Below are positions 24,990-33,498 of a stretch of DNA of 64,000 bases, piece after piece. Both the position numbers and the translations under genes were made by a program. The DNA comes from Thermoplasmata archaeon (GTDB lineage Archaea; Thermoplasmatota; Thermoplasmata; Lutacidiplasmatales; UBA184): contig DASPQG010000078.1 of NCBI GenBank assembly GCA_035625085.1, forward strand, positions 2,151-66,150, given 5' to 3'. The notes under the pieces are model-generated. The model worked only from the letters and a program-made list of their open reading frames with translations. It did not search any database and had not been told where the DNA came from. Each line of letters starts with the position of its first letter. Position 1 is the stretch's first letter.

Positions 24990-26240
24990 GTGGACGAGGT
25001 GGATGTCCTCGTGGTGGGCGCCGGGCCCGCGGGATCGACGGCCGCCGCCCGGCTCGCGAAGGCCGGCCACTCGGTCCGAATGGTCGAGGAACATCCGAAG
25101 GTTGGCTATCCCGTTCAGTGCGCCGGCCTCGTCTCCCAGAGAGTCCTCGACCTCGCCGGCTCCACCTCCATGGTCCGCCGCCCGGTCTACGGGGCGAGTG
25201 TCTTCGGGCCGTCGCTCGAGGCGATCCGGTTTCGTGCGAATTCCCCGCGCGCCTTCGTGATCGACCGGGCCGGATTGGACATCTACCTCGCCGACCGGGC
25301 CGCCCGCGCGGGGGCCGAGATTCGGACGTCAACTCGGTTCGACTCCGTCGATACCGCGTCGGCCGACCGACTGACCGTCCGTCTTCGCGGTCCGGACGGC
25401 GGGGCGGAAGAACTGCGGGCGCGCCTCGTCATCGGAGCGGATGGGGTGGCGAGCGCGGTCGCACGGGCGTTTCGCCTTCGTCGGCCGGTCGAAGTGCTAC
25501 CGGCGTTCGAAGCGGAGTTTCCGGAGAGCCCGGGGGACCCCGACACGGTCGAAGTGTACCTCGGCCGGACGTTCGCCCCCGGCCTCTTCGGCTGGTGGAT
25601 CCCGGACGGTCGGAGAGGGGCCCGGGTCGGCATCGCCGCGGACGCCGACGGGACGCCGGCCCGGGTCTACTTCGACCGACTGGTCGAGCTCATGGCCCGG
25701 CGGTTCGGCACTCGACTCGCGAACCCGACCGCCTACCTCGTTTCGGGGATCCCCATCGGCGCGCTCCCCCGGACCCACGCCCGACAGGTCCTGCTGGTCG
25801 GTGACGCCGCCGCGCAGGTGAAACCGCTCTCAGGGGGAGGGATCTACACGGGGATGCGATGCGCGGAGATCGCGGCCGATGTCGCCGTGGACGCATTCGC
25901 CCGTGGGGACCTATCGGAACCGGCCCTCGCCGAGTACGACCGCCGGTGGCGAGCGGAACTCGGGGACGAGTTCCGCCGGGCGCTGTACCTGCGGCGCCTG
26001 TTCACCCGCCTCACCGACGATGAGCTGGACCGCGTGATCCGAGCGCTCAACGGAGCGCATCTGGCCGGCACGATCGTCGCGTTCGGCGACATCGACTTCC
26101 CGACGCATGTCGTCCGGGAGCTCCTCCGGGAGTCGCCGGGCCTCGTCCGACTGTTGCCGAAGGCGCTCGGGGCCTGGGTCTCGGCTGGCCCGGGTCCCTA
26201 TCGGACGCCGCCGCTCGACTTCGACGCCCGCCGGAAGTAG
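24990..26240 (+). CDS. geranylgeranyl reductase family protein (probable digeranylgeranylglycerophospholipid reductase)
   Basis: 416-aa ORF with FAD motif VLVVGAGPAGSTAA, PVQCAGLVS and GDAAAQVKPLSGGGI. Confidence 0.88.
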   Translation: MDEVDVLVVGAGPAGSTAAARLAKAGHSVRMVEEHPKVGYPVQCAGLVSQRVLDLAGSTSMVRRPVYGASVFGPSLEAIRFRANSPRAFVIDRAGLDIYLADRAARAGAEIRTSTRFDSVDTASADRLTVRLRGPDGGAEELRARLVIGADGVASAVARAFRLRRPVEVLPAFEAEFPESPGDPDTVEVYLGRTFAPGLFGWWIPDGRRGARVGIAADADGTPARVYFDRLVELMARRFGTRLANPTAYLVSGIPIGALPRTHARQVLLVGDAAAQVKPLSGGGIYTGMRCAEIAADVAVDAFARGDLSEPALAEYDRRWRAELGDEFRRALYLRRLFTRLTDDELDRVIRALNGAHLAGTIVAFGDIDFPTHVVRELLRESPGLVRLLPKALGAWVSAGPGPYRTPPLDFDARRK

Positions 26241-26980
26241 ACAAACGCGCCGGCCCCGACCAAGAGGAGGGACGCCCCCAGGATGAACGCGAGCGCCCAG
26301 TCCCAGCTGGAGGAGGAGACGAGGATCGCCGTCTCGGCCGTGACCCCCGAGACGCCGAGCATCGTGAGATTGAGCGTCACGCTCCCGTTCGGAAGCGTTG
26401 TGGCCGCGTCCCAAAGCGCCGTCGGGAACCACCCTCGCGACTCGAGGCGGTAGCTCGTCCCGTTGGCAACGAACGAGAGGGCGGTGCGCACCGCGAAGGT
26501 CCCCGCCGGCGTATTGGTCGCCGTCACGACCCCCACCGACCCTGTCTCCTGGGTCCTAGGAGAGAGCGCGCCGAGCGAGAGGTTGACCACCGTCGCGGAA
26601 GCGCTCGGCGTGACGAGAAGCGGCGTGCCGGCGCTCGCGACGGTGGACGTCGCGTTTCCCGGGAACGCGTTGAAGGCGTAGACGTCGAGCGTGAGCACAA
26701 TCGAGCTCATCGCCGAGAACCCGCTCGGGTCCCCCACCTCAAACGCGAGGGACCCGGAGTTTCCGGGAGTCAGGTCCGGCCCCGATAGGTTCGAGAGGAA
26801 CGTCCGGTCGAAAGCGATCGGGAGGGCGGGGAAGGAGACGGCCGCCACCGGCCGGACTGGGGCGACGAGCACCACCAGCGCGACCGCGACCCCCACGACG
26901 ATCGAGATCGGCCGACGGGACGCCCTCCGGTGCTCAGCCACCGGACTCCTCCGGGAACCGTCCGCTCTCGGCGAGCGCAA
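26198..26980 (-). CDS. secreted, C-terminally anchored glycoprotein (hypothetical)
   Basis: 260-aa ORF. N-terminal TM/signal ISIVVGVAVALVVLVAPV, several N-X-S/T sequons, and C-terminal TM WALAFILGASLLLVGAGAFVYF plus RR. The start is uncertain (alternative GTG 26941) and overlaps the stop of the upstream M48 gene. Confidence 0.65.
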   Translation of the reverse strand: MRSPRADGSRRSPVAEHRRASRRPISIVVGVAVALVVLVAPVRPVAAVSFPALPIAFDRTFLSNLSGPDLTPGNSGSLAFEVGDPSGFSAMSSIVLTLDVYAFNAFPGNATSTVASAGTPLLVTPSASATVVNLSLGALSPRTQETGSVGVVTATNTPAGTFAVRTALSFVANGTSYRLESRGWFPTALWDAATTLPNGSVTLNLTMLGVSGVTAETAILVSSSSWDWALAFILGASLLLVGAGAFVYFRRASKSSGGVR

Positions 26981-27830
26981 CGAGCCGCCGGATCCGCTCC
27001 ACCGCCTGGCGCCGACCGCGCCGGCCCCCGACGCCGAGGAGCCCCGGCAGGCTTCCCCCGAACGAGGGGGACAACGCGGCGGCCTTGTAGAGGGCGCGGG
27101 CGAGCGCTCGAGGTCTCCGCGTGACCTCGACCGCGTCCAGGTCCGCCCGAAACTCTTCCCGGCGAGTCAGGGTCTCCGCGAAGAGCGCGAGGATCGGGTC
27201 CCATCGCATCAACCGGGACAGCGTTCGGAAGAAAGTGAGGTACCGCCCGTCCAGCTCCCGCAGATGGCCGAGCTCGTGGGCGAGCACCGCCTCCCACTCG
27301 CGCGGTTCGAGCTGCTCGAGCAGGCCCTCCGAGACCATGATCACGTCACGGGGCCGGACTCCGTACGGCCCGCCGCGCTCGAGAAGCGTGAACGCGAAGG
27401 CGCCCTCGGCCGACGAGCGAAACACGCGCAGGCTCGTCGCGCTCGACGATAACGGCAAACCGGTGGGCCACGGCAACTCTTGCGACGGGAACAGTCGAAG
27501 GAAGCCTCGTCCAACGGTCTGGCTCAGGACGAAGGCGACCAGGAAGACGAGGAACGCCCCGAGCGCGCCCGCGAGCCAGATCGGAACCGCGTCCGGGGCG
27601 AGCAAGAGGCTCGGCGACCTCAGGAGGGCCATCGCCGCGCCCCAGCCTCCTTGGGTCAGCACGTAGACCAGCGCGGTCGTCGCAAGGACGGCCCAGAGAC
27701 CCAGGAAGAGGGCCGTCAGCCGGAAGACGGTGGTCGAGGGGGATCGGCGGTAGGCGAGCAGGAGGGAGACGCCCAGCCCGGCCCATAGGAGAAGCGGCGC
27801 GTAGGCCCAGACGAGGAAGGCGGACGGCAT
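26934..27830 (-). CDS. M48/M56-family membrane metalloprotease (BlaR1/HtpX-like)
   Basis: 298-aa ORF with about 4 N-terminal TM helices, then HEXXH in AVLAHELGHLRELD and a downstream EEFRAD. It lies immediately downstream of a BlaI-type repressor gene. Confidence 0.82.
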   Translation of the reverse strand: MPSAFLVWAYAPLLLWAGLGVSLLLAYRRSPSTTVFRLTALFLGLWAVLATTALVYVLTQGGWGAAMALLRSPSLLLAPDAVPIWLAGALGAFLVFLVAFVLSQTVGRGFLRLFPSQELPWPTGLPLSSSATSLRVFRSSAEGAFAFTLLERGGPYGVRPRDVIMVSEGLLEQLEPREWEAVLAHELGHLRELDGRYLTFFRTLSRLMRWDPILALFAETLTRREEFRADLDAVEVTRRPRALARALYKAAALSPSFGGSLPGLLGVGGRRGRRQAVERIRRLVALAESGRFPEESGG

Positions 27831-27849
27831 GGCTCGAGCGGGAACGGGC

Positions 27850-28209
27850 TCAATCGAGCCCGAGCCGGCGTCGAAGTTCTCGCTCCTCTTTCGGGTTCAG
27901 CTTCGCGATCTCCTCGTTCAGGTGGACGACCCCCGCGGGGCCGAACATGTCGACCACCCCGCGCAGGACGTTCATGAGGTATTTGTGCTCGACGTTGGCC
28001 GGTCGGTACACATACCGCTCCCCCCCGCGGCAGGTCTCGCGCCGGCGTTTCACGAGCCGCTTTGCGTGCAGCCGTGCGAGGATCGTAGCGACGGTGGTGT
28101 ACGCCACGCGCACGCCTCGAGCCTCGAGCGCCTTGCGGACGTCCCGCGCCGGAGCTTCCCCGAGCCCACGGAGCGCCCCCAGGACCTCCGACTCCAGTGA
28201 ACCGAGCAT
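27850..28209 (-). CDS. BlaI/MecI/CopY-family winged-helix transcriptional repressor
   Basis: Only the last 119 codons of track ORF 27850..29823 are used, from ATG 28209: MLGSLESEVLGALRGLGEAPARDVRKALEARGVRVAYTTVATILARLHAKRLVKRRRE..RYVYRP. Confidence 0.85.
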   Translation of the reverse strand: MLGSLESEVLGALRGLGEAPARDVRKALEARGVRVAYTTVATILARLHAKRLVKRRRETCRGGERYVYRPANVEHKYLMNVLRGVVDMFGPAGVVHLNEEIAKLNPKEERELRRRLGLD

Positions 28210-28380
28210 TCCCGTGGCGTCCTCTCCGCCGAGGAAAAACGAGGTTACCTTAACACGTTCGACGGAAGTGAAATGACCGGTTCGTACCAATCGTATCTGC
28301 CGCTGTTTTTCCCCGCTCCGACGGCGCCACGCCTCGGGCGGCGGGCAAGGATTAATGGGGGAGGGGGGCTCCGCGCAGTC

Positions 28381-29781
28381 GTGCCTGCGCGTCATCGTCG
28401 TCCGCAGAGCATCCTCGACCTCGTGGGGAACACGCCGCTCGTTCCCCTGCGGCGCGTCGCCCGGGACCTTCCGTACCGCATCCTCGCGAAGCTCGAGTAC
28501 TTGAACCCGGGAGGATCGGTCAAGGACCGAATCGGCGCCGCGATGATCGACGCCGCTGAGAAAGACGGGAGGCTCAAGCCCGGCGGGACCCTTGTCGAGG
28601 CGACGAGCGGCAATACCGGCGTCGGCCTCGCGATGATCGCGGCGGTCCGCGGCTACCGTCTGGTCATCGTCATCCCCGACAAGATGAGCTCGGAGAAGAT
28701 CCGGATGCTCCGGGCGTTCGGCGCCCGGGTCGTGGTCACCCCTTCGGGAATCCCTCCGGACCACCCGATGAGCTACTACTCGGTCGCGAAGCGGCTCTCC
28801 CAGCAGATCCCCGGAGCCTACTACCCGAACCAGTACGAGAATCCCGGAAACCCCGACGCGCACTACCGGACCACCGGGCCCGAAATATCCCAGGACGTCC
28901 CGGACGGACTCGGTGCGGTCATCGGAACGGTCGGCACCGGAGGGACGATGAGCGGGATCGGCCGCTACTTCAAGGAGCACCGGCCTTCGGTGCGCATCGT
29001 CGCCGTCGACCCGGCCGGCTCGATCCTCGGACACTACTTCCGGACCCATGAAGTCGGTAAGCCGGTCCCGTACCTCGTGGAGGGGATCGGTGAGGACATG
29101 GTCCCGAAGTCGATCCAGTTCCAGTACCTGGACGACTTCGTCGAGGTGGGCGACCGGGAGTCGTTCCTGATGACACGTCGGTTGGCCCAGGAGGAAGGCC
29201 TGTTCGCCGGAGGTTCCTCGGGGTCGGCCGTGGTGGGTGCCCTTCGTTGGCTCTCGGGCCGTCCGATCCCTGAGGGGAGCAGCGTCGTGGTGATCCTCCC
29301 CGACTCGGGCGACCGGTACCTGACGAAGATCTACTCCGACGACTGGATGCGCGAACAGGGATTCCTGGACGTGGCTGTGACGGCGCGCGATCTGATCGCC
29401 CGCAAGACCGAGACACCCGCGTTGGTGGCGGTCGAGCCCACGACCGTGGCGCGCGACGCCCTCGCGTTGCTGCACAAGCATGGGATCTCCCAAGCGCCGG
29501 TCCTCTCGGGCGGAAAGCAGGTCGGCCGGGTCGAGGAAGAGGACCTGATGCGGCGGGGGCTTATCGACGAGACGATCCTCGACCGGTCGGTCCAACGGAT
29601 TCCGTCCCCACCCCTCCCCGAGGTGACGGCCGAGGCCACGGTCGCCGAGCTCCTCCGCAATCTGCGCGAGGAGCATGCCGTGGTGGTCCGCGATGCGGTG
29701 ACCGGGACGCCCCTCGGCGTCTTGACGCGCACCGATCTTGTCGGCTATCTTTCCGAGGAAGGAGGTCCCCGTGCGGTTTAA
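28381..29781 (+). CDS. cystathionine beta-synthase (PLP CysK-fold plus tandem CBS domains)
   Basis: Track ORF 28273..29781. The conserved region starts at ILDLVGNTPLVPL. I prefer GTG 28381 because the 36 upstream codons have visibly lower GC3; ATG 28273 remains possible. It has PLP-Lys motif NPGGSVKDR, TSGNTG and a C-terminal CBS pair. Confidence 0.88.
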   Translation: MPARHRRPQSILDLVGNTPLVPLRRVARDLPYRILAKLEYLNPGGSVKDRIGAAMIDAAEKDGRLKPGGTLVEATSGNTGVGLAMIAAVRGYRLVIVIPDKMSSEKIRMLRAFGARVVVTPSGIPPDHPMSYYSVAKRLSQQIPGAYYPNQYENPGNPDAHYRTTGPEISQDVPDGLGAVIGTVGTGGTMSGIGRYFKEHRPSVRIVAVDPAGSILGHYFRTHEVGKPVPYLVEGIGEDMVPKSIQFQYLDDFVEVGDRESFLMTRRLAQEEGLFAGGSSGSAVVGALRWLSGRPIPEGSSVVVILPDSGDRYLTKIYSDDWMREQGFLDVAVTARDLIARKTETPALVAVEPTTVARDALALLHKHGISQAPVLSGGKQVGRVEEEDLMRRGLIDETILDRSVQRIPSPPLPEVTAEATVAELLRNLREEHAVVVRDAVTGTPLGVLTRTDLVGYLSEEGGPRAV

Positions 29782-30913
29782 CACGCGACTGTTGCACGAT
29801 GCGCAGCCCCCGGACCCGCTCACCGGCGCCGTGAACGCCCCGATCTACCTGTCGAGCACCTTCCGGCAATCCGCGCCGAACCGTCATCTGGGCTACGTCT
29901 ACGGACGGACCGGGAACCCGACGCGGGCGGTGCTCGAGGCAGCGCTCGCGAAGCTCGAGGGAGGATCGACCGGCCTTGCGTTCTCCTCGGGCCTCGGCGC
30001 GCTGACGACGCTGCTCGAGTCGGTCCCCTCGGGCCGACGGATCGTCTCCGTGGACGACGTCTACGGCGGGACGTGGCGTCTCTTCGAGCACCACCGGCGA
30101 CAGTTCGGCCTGCGGGTCGACTACGTCGACATGACCGATCTTGGGAAACTGCGAGCCGCGCTCTCCGAGCCCGCGGACCTCGTCTACCTCGAGACCCCCA
30201 CGAACCCGCTTCTCAAGCTGGTCGACATCCCCGAGGCGATCCGACTCGCCCGGAAAGTGAAGGCATTCGTGGCGGTCGACAACACCTTCGCCACTCCCGC
30301 GCTCCAGCGACCGATCGAGATGGGCGCCGATCTCGTGCTTCACTCCACGACGAAGTACCTCGGGGGCCACTCCGACGTGATCGGCGGGGCCCTCGTGCTG
30401 AGCGACCGCAAGGACGGGGAGCGGTTCGCCTGGCTGCAGAACGCGGTCGGTGCGGTGCCGAGTCCGTTCGACTGCTTCCTCACCCTCCGGGGGATCCATA
30501 CGCTCGGCGTCCGGATGCGAGCGCATGGCGAGGGCGCTCGAGCGGTCGCGGAGGAGCTGGCGGGATCGCGCAAGGTCCGCCGCGTCCTCTACCCGGGACT
30601 TCGAAGCCATCCCCAGTACGCGTTGGCCCGCCGCCAGATGAGCGGTTTCGGAGGGATGGTCAGTGTCGAGGTCGAGGGGGGGCGGCGGGGCGCTCTCCGC
30701 TTCCTGAAAGGACTCCGGGTCTTCACGCTCGCGGAGAGCCTCGGTGGGGTCGAATCGCTCGTCGACCACCCGGCCTCGATGACCCACGCGAGCGTTCCCC
30801 GGCGGGAGCGCGAGGCCCACGGTGTGACGGACGGACTCCTCCGGCTCTCGTGCGGCATCGAGGACCCGGCGGACCTCGCCGAGGATGTGCGGCACGGCCT
30901 CAAGGAGGTCTAG
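29771..30913 (+). CDS. cystathionine gamma-lyase/synthase family PLP enzyme
   Basis: Track ORF 29738..30913. GTG 29771 is preferred because GGAGGT lies 5 nt upstream. It has YGRTGNPT, DNTFATP and PLP-Lys HSTTKYLGGHSD. The start overlaps the CBS stop by 11 nt. Confidence 0.9.
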   Translation: MRFNTRLLHDAQPPDPLTGAVNAPIYLSSTFRQSAPNRHLGYVYGRTGNPTRAVLEAALAKLEGGSTGLAFSSGLGALTTLLESVPSGRRIVSVDDVYGGTWRLFEHHRRQFGLRVDYVDMTDLGKLRAALSEPADLVYLETPTNPLLKLVDIPEAIRLARKVKAFVAVDNTFATPALQRPIEMGADLVLHSTTKYLGGHSDVIGGALVLSDRKDGERFAWLQNAVGAVPSPFDCFLTLRGIHTLGVRMRAHGEGARAVAEELAGSRKVRRVLYPGLRSHPQYALARRQMSGFGGMVSVEVEGGRRGALRFLKGLRVFTLAESLGGVESLVDHPASMTHASVPRREREAHGVTDGLLRLSCGIEDPADLAEDVRHGLKEV

Positions 30914-30915
30914 CC

Positions 30916-32358
30916 GTGCGGCGGTTCACCGTCTACGACAGCCGGACCCGCGATACCCGGGTCTTTGCTCCCATCGCCCCGCCGCGCGTCGGGATGTACG
31001 TGTGCGGGCTCACGCCGTACGCTCCCGCCCACATCGGTCACGGCCGCACGTTCGTCTTCTTCGACGTCGTCGCGCGCGCGCTCCGCCGCTGGGGATACCG
31101 TCTGTTCTACGTCCAGAACGTGACGAACCTCGACGACAAGTTGATCGCGCGGGCGGCCGACGTGGGGGTCGATCCGCTCGTGCTCGCGGAGCAGTACTTC
31201 GCCGAGTACCGACGCTCGATGGCGGTGCTCGGCGTCAGCTCCGTCGATTACTACCCGTTCGCCACGGACTACGTTCCCGAGATCCTCGCGCAAATCCGCC
31301 CGTTGATCGACAAGGGATATGCCTACGTGGCCGACGATGGCTCGGTGTACTTCTCCGTCTCGAAGTTCGCCGAGTACGGGAAGCTCTCCGGGCAGCGCGT
31401 GGAGTCGCTGCAGCCGGGTGCCCGGCTCGAGCTGGACACCCGCAAGCGGGCCCCGGAGGACTTTGTCATCTGGAAGGCGACCACCCCCGGCGAACCGAGT
31501 TGGGAAAGTCCCTGGGGGCCGGGGCGACCGGGCTGGCACGTCGAGGACACGGCCATGATCCTGCGGCTCCTGGGCGAGCGCTGCGACCTCCATGGCGCGG
31601 GGCTCGACCTCATCTTCCCGCACCACGAGGCTGAGGTCGCGCTCGCGGAGGCGACCACCGGCGTCGTGCCGTTCGCCAACTACTGGATGCACTCCGGGAT
31701 GCTCCTCATGGAGGAGGAGAAGATGTCGAAGTCGCTCGGCAACGTCGCCTCGCTGTCCGAGTCGCTCGAGCAGTTCGGCCCGGGCCCGTTGCGCCTCTTC
31801 TACTTGAACGCCCAGTATCGGAGCCCTCTCCTCTATCAGCCCGGCAAAAGCCTCGAGGAAGCCCGAGAAGCGTACGCGCGGCTCACCGTCGTGGCGGAGC
31901 GCATCGCGGAGATCCTGGAGCGGGACGGGTCCGACCGGCCCGGCGCGGAGATCCCCGAACCCCTCGCCGACGAGGCCGAGCAGCTGGTCGAGCGGCTCGA
32001 CACCACGCTCGCCGAGGACTTCAACACGCGCGAGGCGATCGCGCTGCTGTTCGGCTGGACGCGTCGGCTCGCGGAAGAGCTCCCTCGACTGGAGGGCTAC
32101 TCCGGGAGCGCCCTCGAGGAGCTCGCCTCACCGTTCCGCTGGGGCGAGGAAGTGCTGGGTCTGTTCGTCCGGCCCCCATCGGGGCCGTCCGGCGCCTGGG
32201 CCGCGCTGGTGCCCGTCGCGATCGCTGCACGGGCGCGCGCCCGGGCCCGAGGGGACTTCGCCGAGGCCGACCGGATCCGCGACGAGCTGCGCGCCGTGGG
32301 GGTCGATCTCGAGGACGATTCGCACGGGACCCGCTGGCGGGCCGTGCGAAGGCCGTAG
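30916..32358 (+). CDS. cysS: cysteine--tRNA ligase
   Basis: Track ORF 30073..32358 trimmed to GTG 30916, with AAGGAGG 8 nt upstream and 3 nt after the previous stop. It has HIGH (PAHIGHGRT) and KMSKS (EEKMSKSLGN). Confidence 0.93.
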   Translation: MRRFTVYDSRTRDTRVFAPIAPPRVGMYVCGLTPYAPAHIGHGRTFVFFDVVARALRRWGYRLFYVQNVTNLDDKLIARAADVGVDPLVLAEQYFAEYRRSMAVLGVSSVDYYPFATDYVPEILAQIRPLIDKGYAYVADDGSVYFSVSKFAEYGKLSGQRVESLQPGARLELDTRKRAPEDFVIWKATTPGEPSWESPWGPGRPGWHVEDTAMILRLLGERCDLHGAGLDLIFPHHEAEVALAEATTGVVPFANYWMHSGMLLMEEEKMSKSLGNVASLSESLEQFGPGPLRLFYLNAQYRSPLLYQPGKSLEEAREAYARLTVVAERIAEILERDGSDRPGAEIPEPLADEAEQLVERLDTTLAEDFNTREAIALLFGWTRRLAEELPRLEGYSGSALEELASPFRWGEEVLGLFVRPPSGPSGAWAALVPVAIAARARARARGDFAEADRIRDELRAVGVDLEDDSHGTRWRAVRRP

Positions 32359-32364
32359 CGGATC

Positions 32365-33405
32365 ATGCGCGGGTTCGGGTTCCAGCAGCACGGAGGGCTC
32401 GACCGGCTCGCGTTCGTCGACGTACCGGACCCGACCCCCGGACCCGAGGAAGTGCGGGTGCGAATCCGGGCCGCCGCGTTCAACCATCTCGACCGGTTCA
32501 CCCTGGAAGGGATCCCGGGGGTTCCGATCGCTCTCCCCCATGTGCTCGGGTCCGACGGCTCAGGGACGGTCGACCAGGTCGGCACCAACGTCCACGATCT
32601 GGCTGCCGGTGCGAAGGTGCTGATCAACCCGGGGATGTGGGACGGGACGTGCGCCGCCTGTCGCGCCGGCCAGGAGGCGCTCTGCCGGAACTACCGCATC
32701 CTCGGCGAGCACACCCAGGGCTCCGCCGCGACGTTCACCGTCGTTCCCCGTCGCAACCTGCACCCCCTGCCGGATCGAATGGGGTTCGTGGAGGGAGCCG
32801 CGGCACCGCTCGTGTTCCTAACGGCCTGGAGGGCCCTCTCCACGGTGGGGGGTGTTCGCTCGGGGGACCGGGTGGCTCTGGTCGGCGCGGGCGGCGGCGT
32901 CTCGACGGCGGCCGTCCAGGTCGCGAAGCTGCTGGGCGCGACCGTCGCCGTGGTCTCCCGCTCGCCTGAGAAGGAGGCGAAGGTTCGGGCCCTGGGAGCC
33001 GACGCGTTCCTCCCGTTCTCGGAGAGCCGACCGATGGACCGGGTCCTCTGGGAATGGAGCGGGAAGAACGGGGTGGACGTGATCCTCGACTCCGTGGGGG
33101 CCGCGACGCTGCCTCGCTCGGTACGGTCGCTCGCGCGCGGCGGAAGGGTGGTCGTGATCGGTGCGAGCACCGGGTCGGCGGTGGAGCTCGACGTGCGAAC
33201 GCTGTTCTGGCGGCAAGCCTCCGTGCGGGGGAGCACGATGTCGTCGGCGAACGAGTTCCGGGAGGTCTACCAGCACCTCGCCGCGGGGCGGTTGCACGCG
33301 GTGGTCGATTCCGCCGTGCCGTTCGAACAAGCGGAGCCTGCGTTCCGCCGGTTCGACGCCCCGGACCTGTTCGGGAAGATCGTCCTACAAGACCCGCCCG
33401 GCTGA
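32365..33405 (+). CDS. zinc-type alcohol dehydrogenase / quinone oxidoreductase (MDR superfamily)
   Basis: 346-aa ORF with GSDGSGTV, C..C..G....C and NAD(P) fold LVGAGGGVSTAAVQVAKLLGA. Confidence 0.85.
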   Translation: MRGFGFQQHGGLDRLAFVDVPDPTPGPEEVRVRIRAAAFNHLDRFTLEGIPGVPIALPHVLGSDGSGTVDQVGTNVHDLAAGAKVLINPGMWDGTCAACRAGQEALCRNYRILGEHTQGSAATFTVVPRRNLHPLPDRMGFVEGAAAPLVFLTAWRALSTVGGVRSGDRVALVGAGGGVSTAAVQVAKLLGATVAVVSRSPEKEAKVRALGADAFLPFSESRPMDRVLWEWSGKNGVDVILDSVGAATLPRSVRSLARGGRVVVIGASTGSAVELDVRTLFWRQASVRGSTMSSANEFREVYQHLAAGRLHAVVDSAVPFEQAEPAFRRFDAPDLFGKIVLQDPPG

Positions 33406-33466
33406 CCCGCCGGAACGCCCCGGTCCCTCGCCAACGCCGAGGTGGTCGCCGGCGAGCGAAGGCACA

Positions 33467-33474
33467 GTTAAATA
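33467..33474 (+). promoter_or_regulatory. TATA box (GTTAAATA) for the giant surface protein gene
   Basis: Located 31 nt before GTG 33499. Confidence 0.45.
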
Positions 33475-33498
33475 CCTGAACCCGACCTTTCTTCGGTC

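Noticed and set aside
28210-29823. N-terminal 538 aa of the 657-aa minus-strand ORF 27850..29823.
   Set aside because: Only the last 119 codons form a BlaI-type repressor. The rest is antisense to the cystathionine beta-synthase gene and is Arg/Gly/Asp/Pro-rich.
30073-30915. 281-codon N-terminal extension of the cysS ORF. Similar over-extensions occur at 7569..8867, 14852..16075, 23702..24949, 38663..40648, 52409..53962 and 6595..7377.
   Set aside because: The extensions overlap the preceding genes in another frame and are Arg/Pro/Gly-rich. Family-conserved N-termini begin at internal starts, which are often preceded by an SD or a TATA box.
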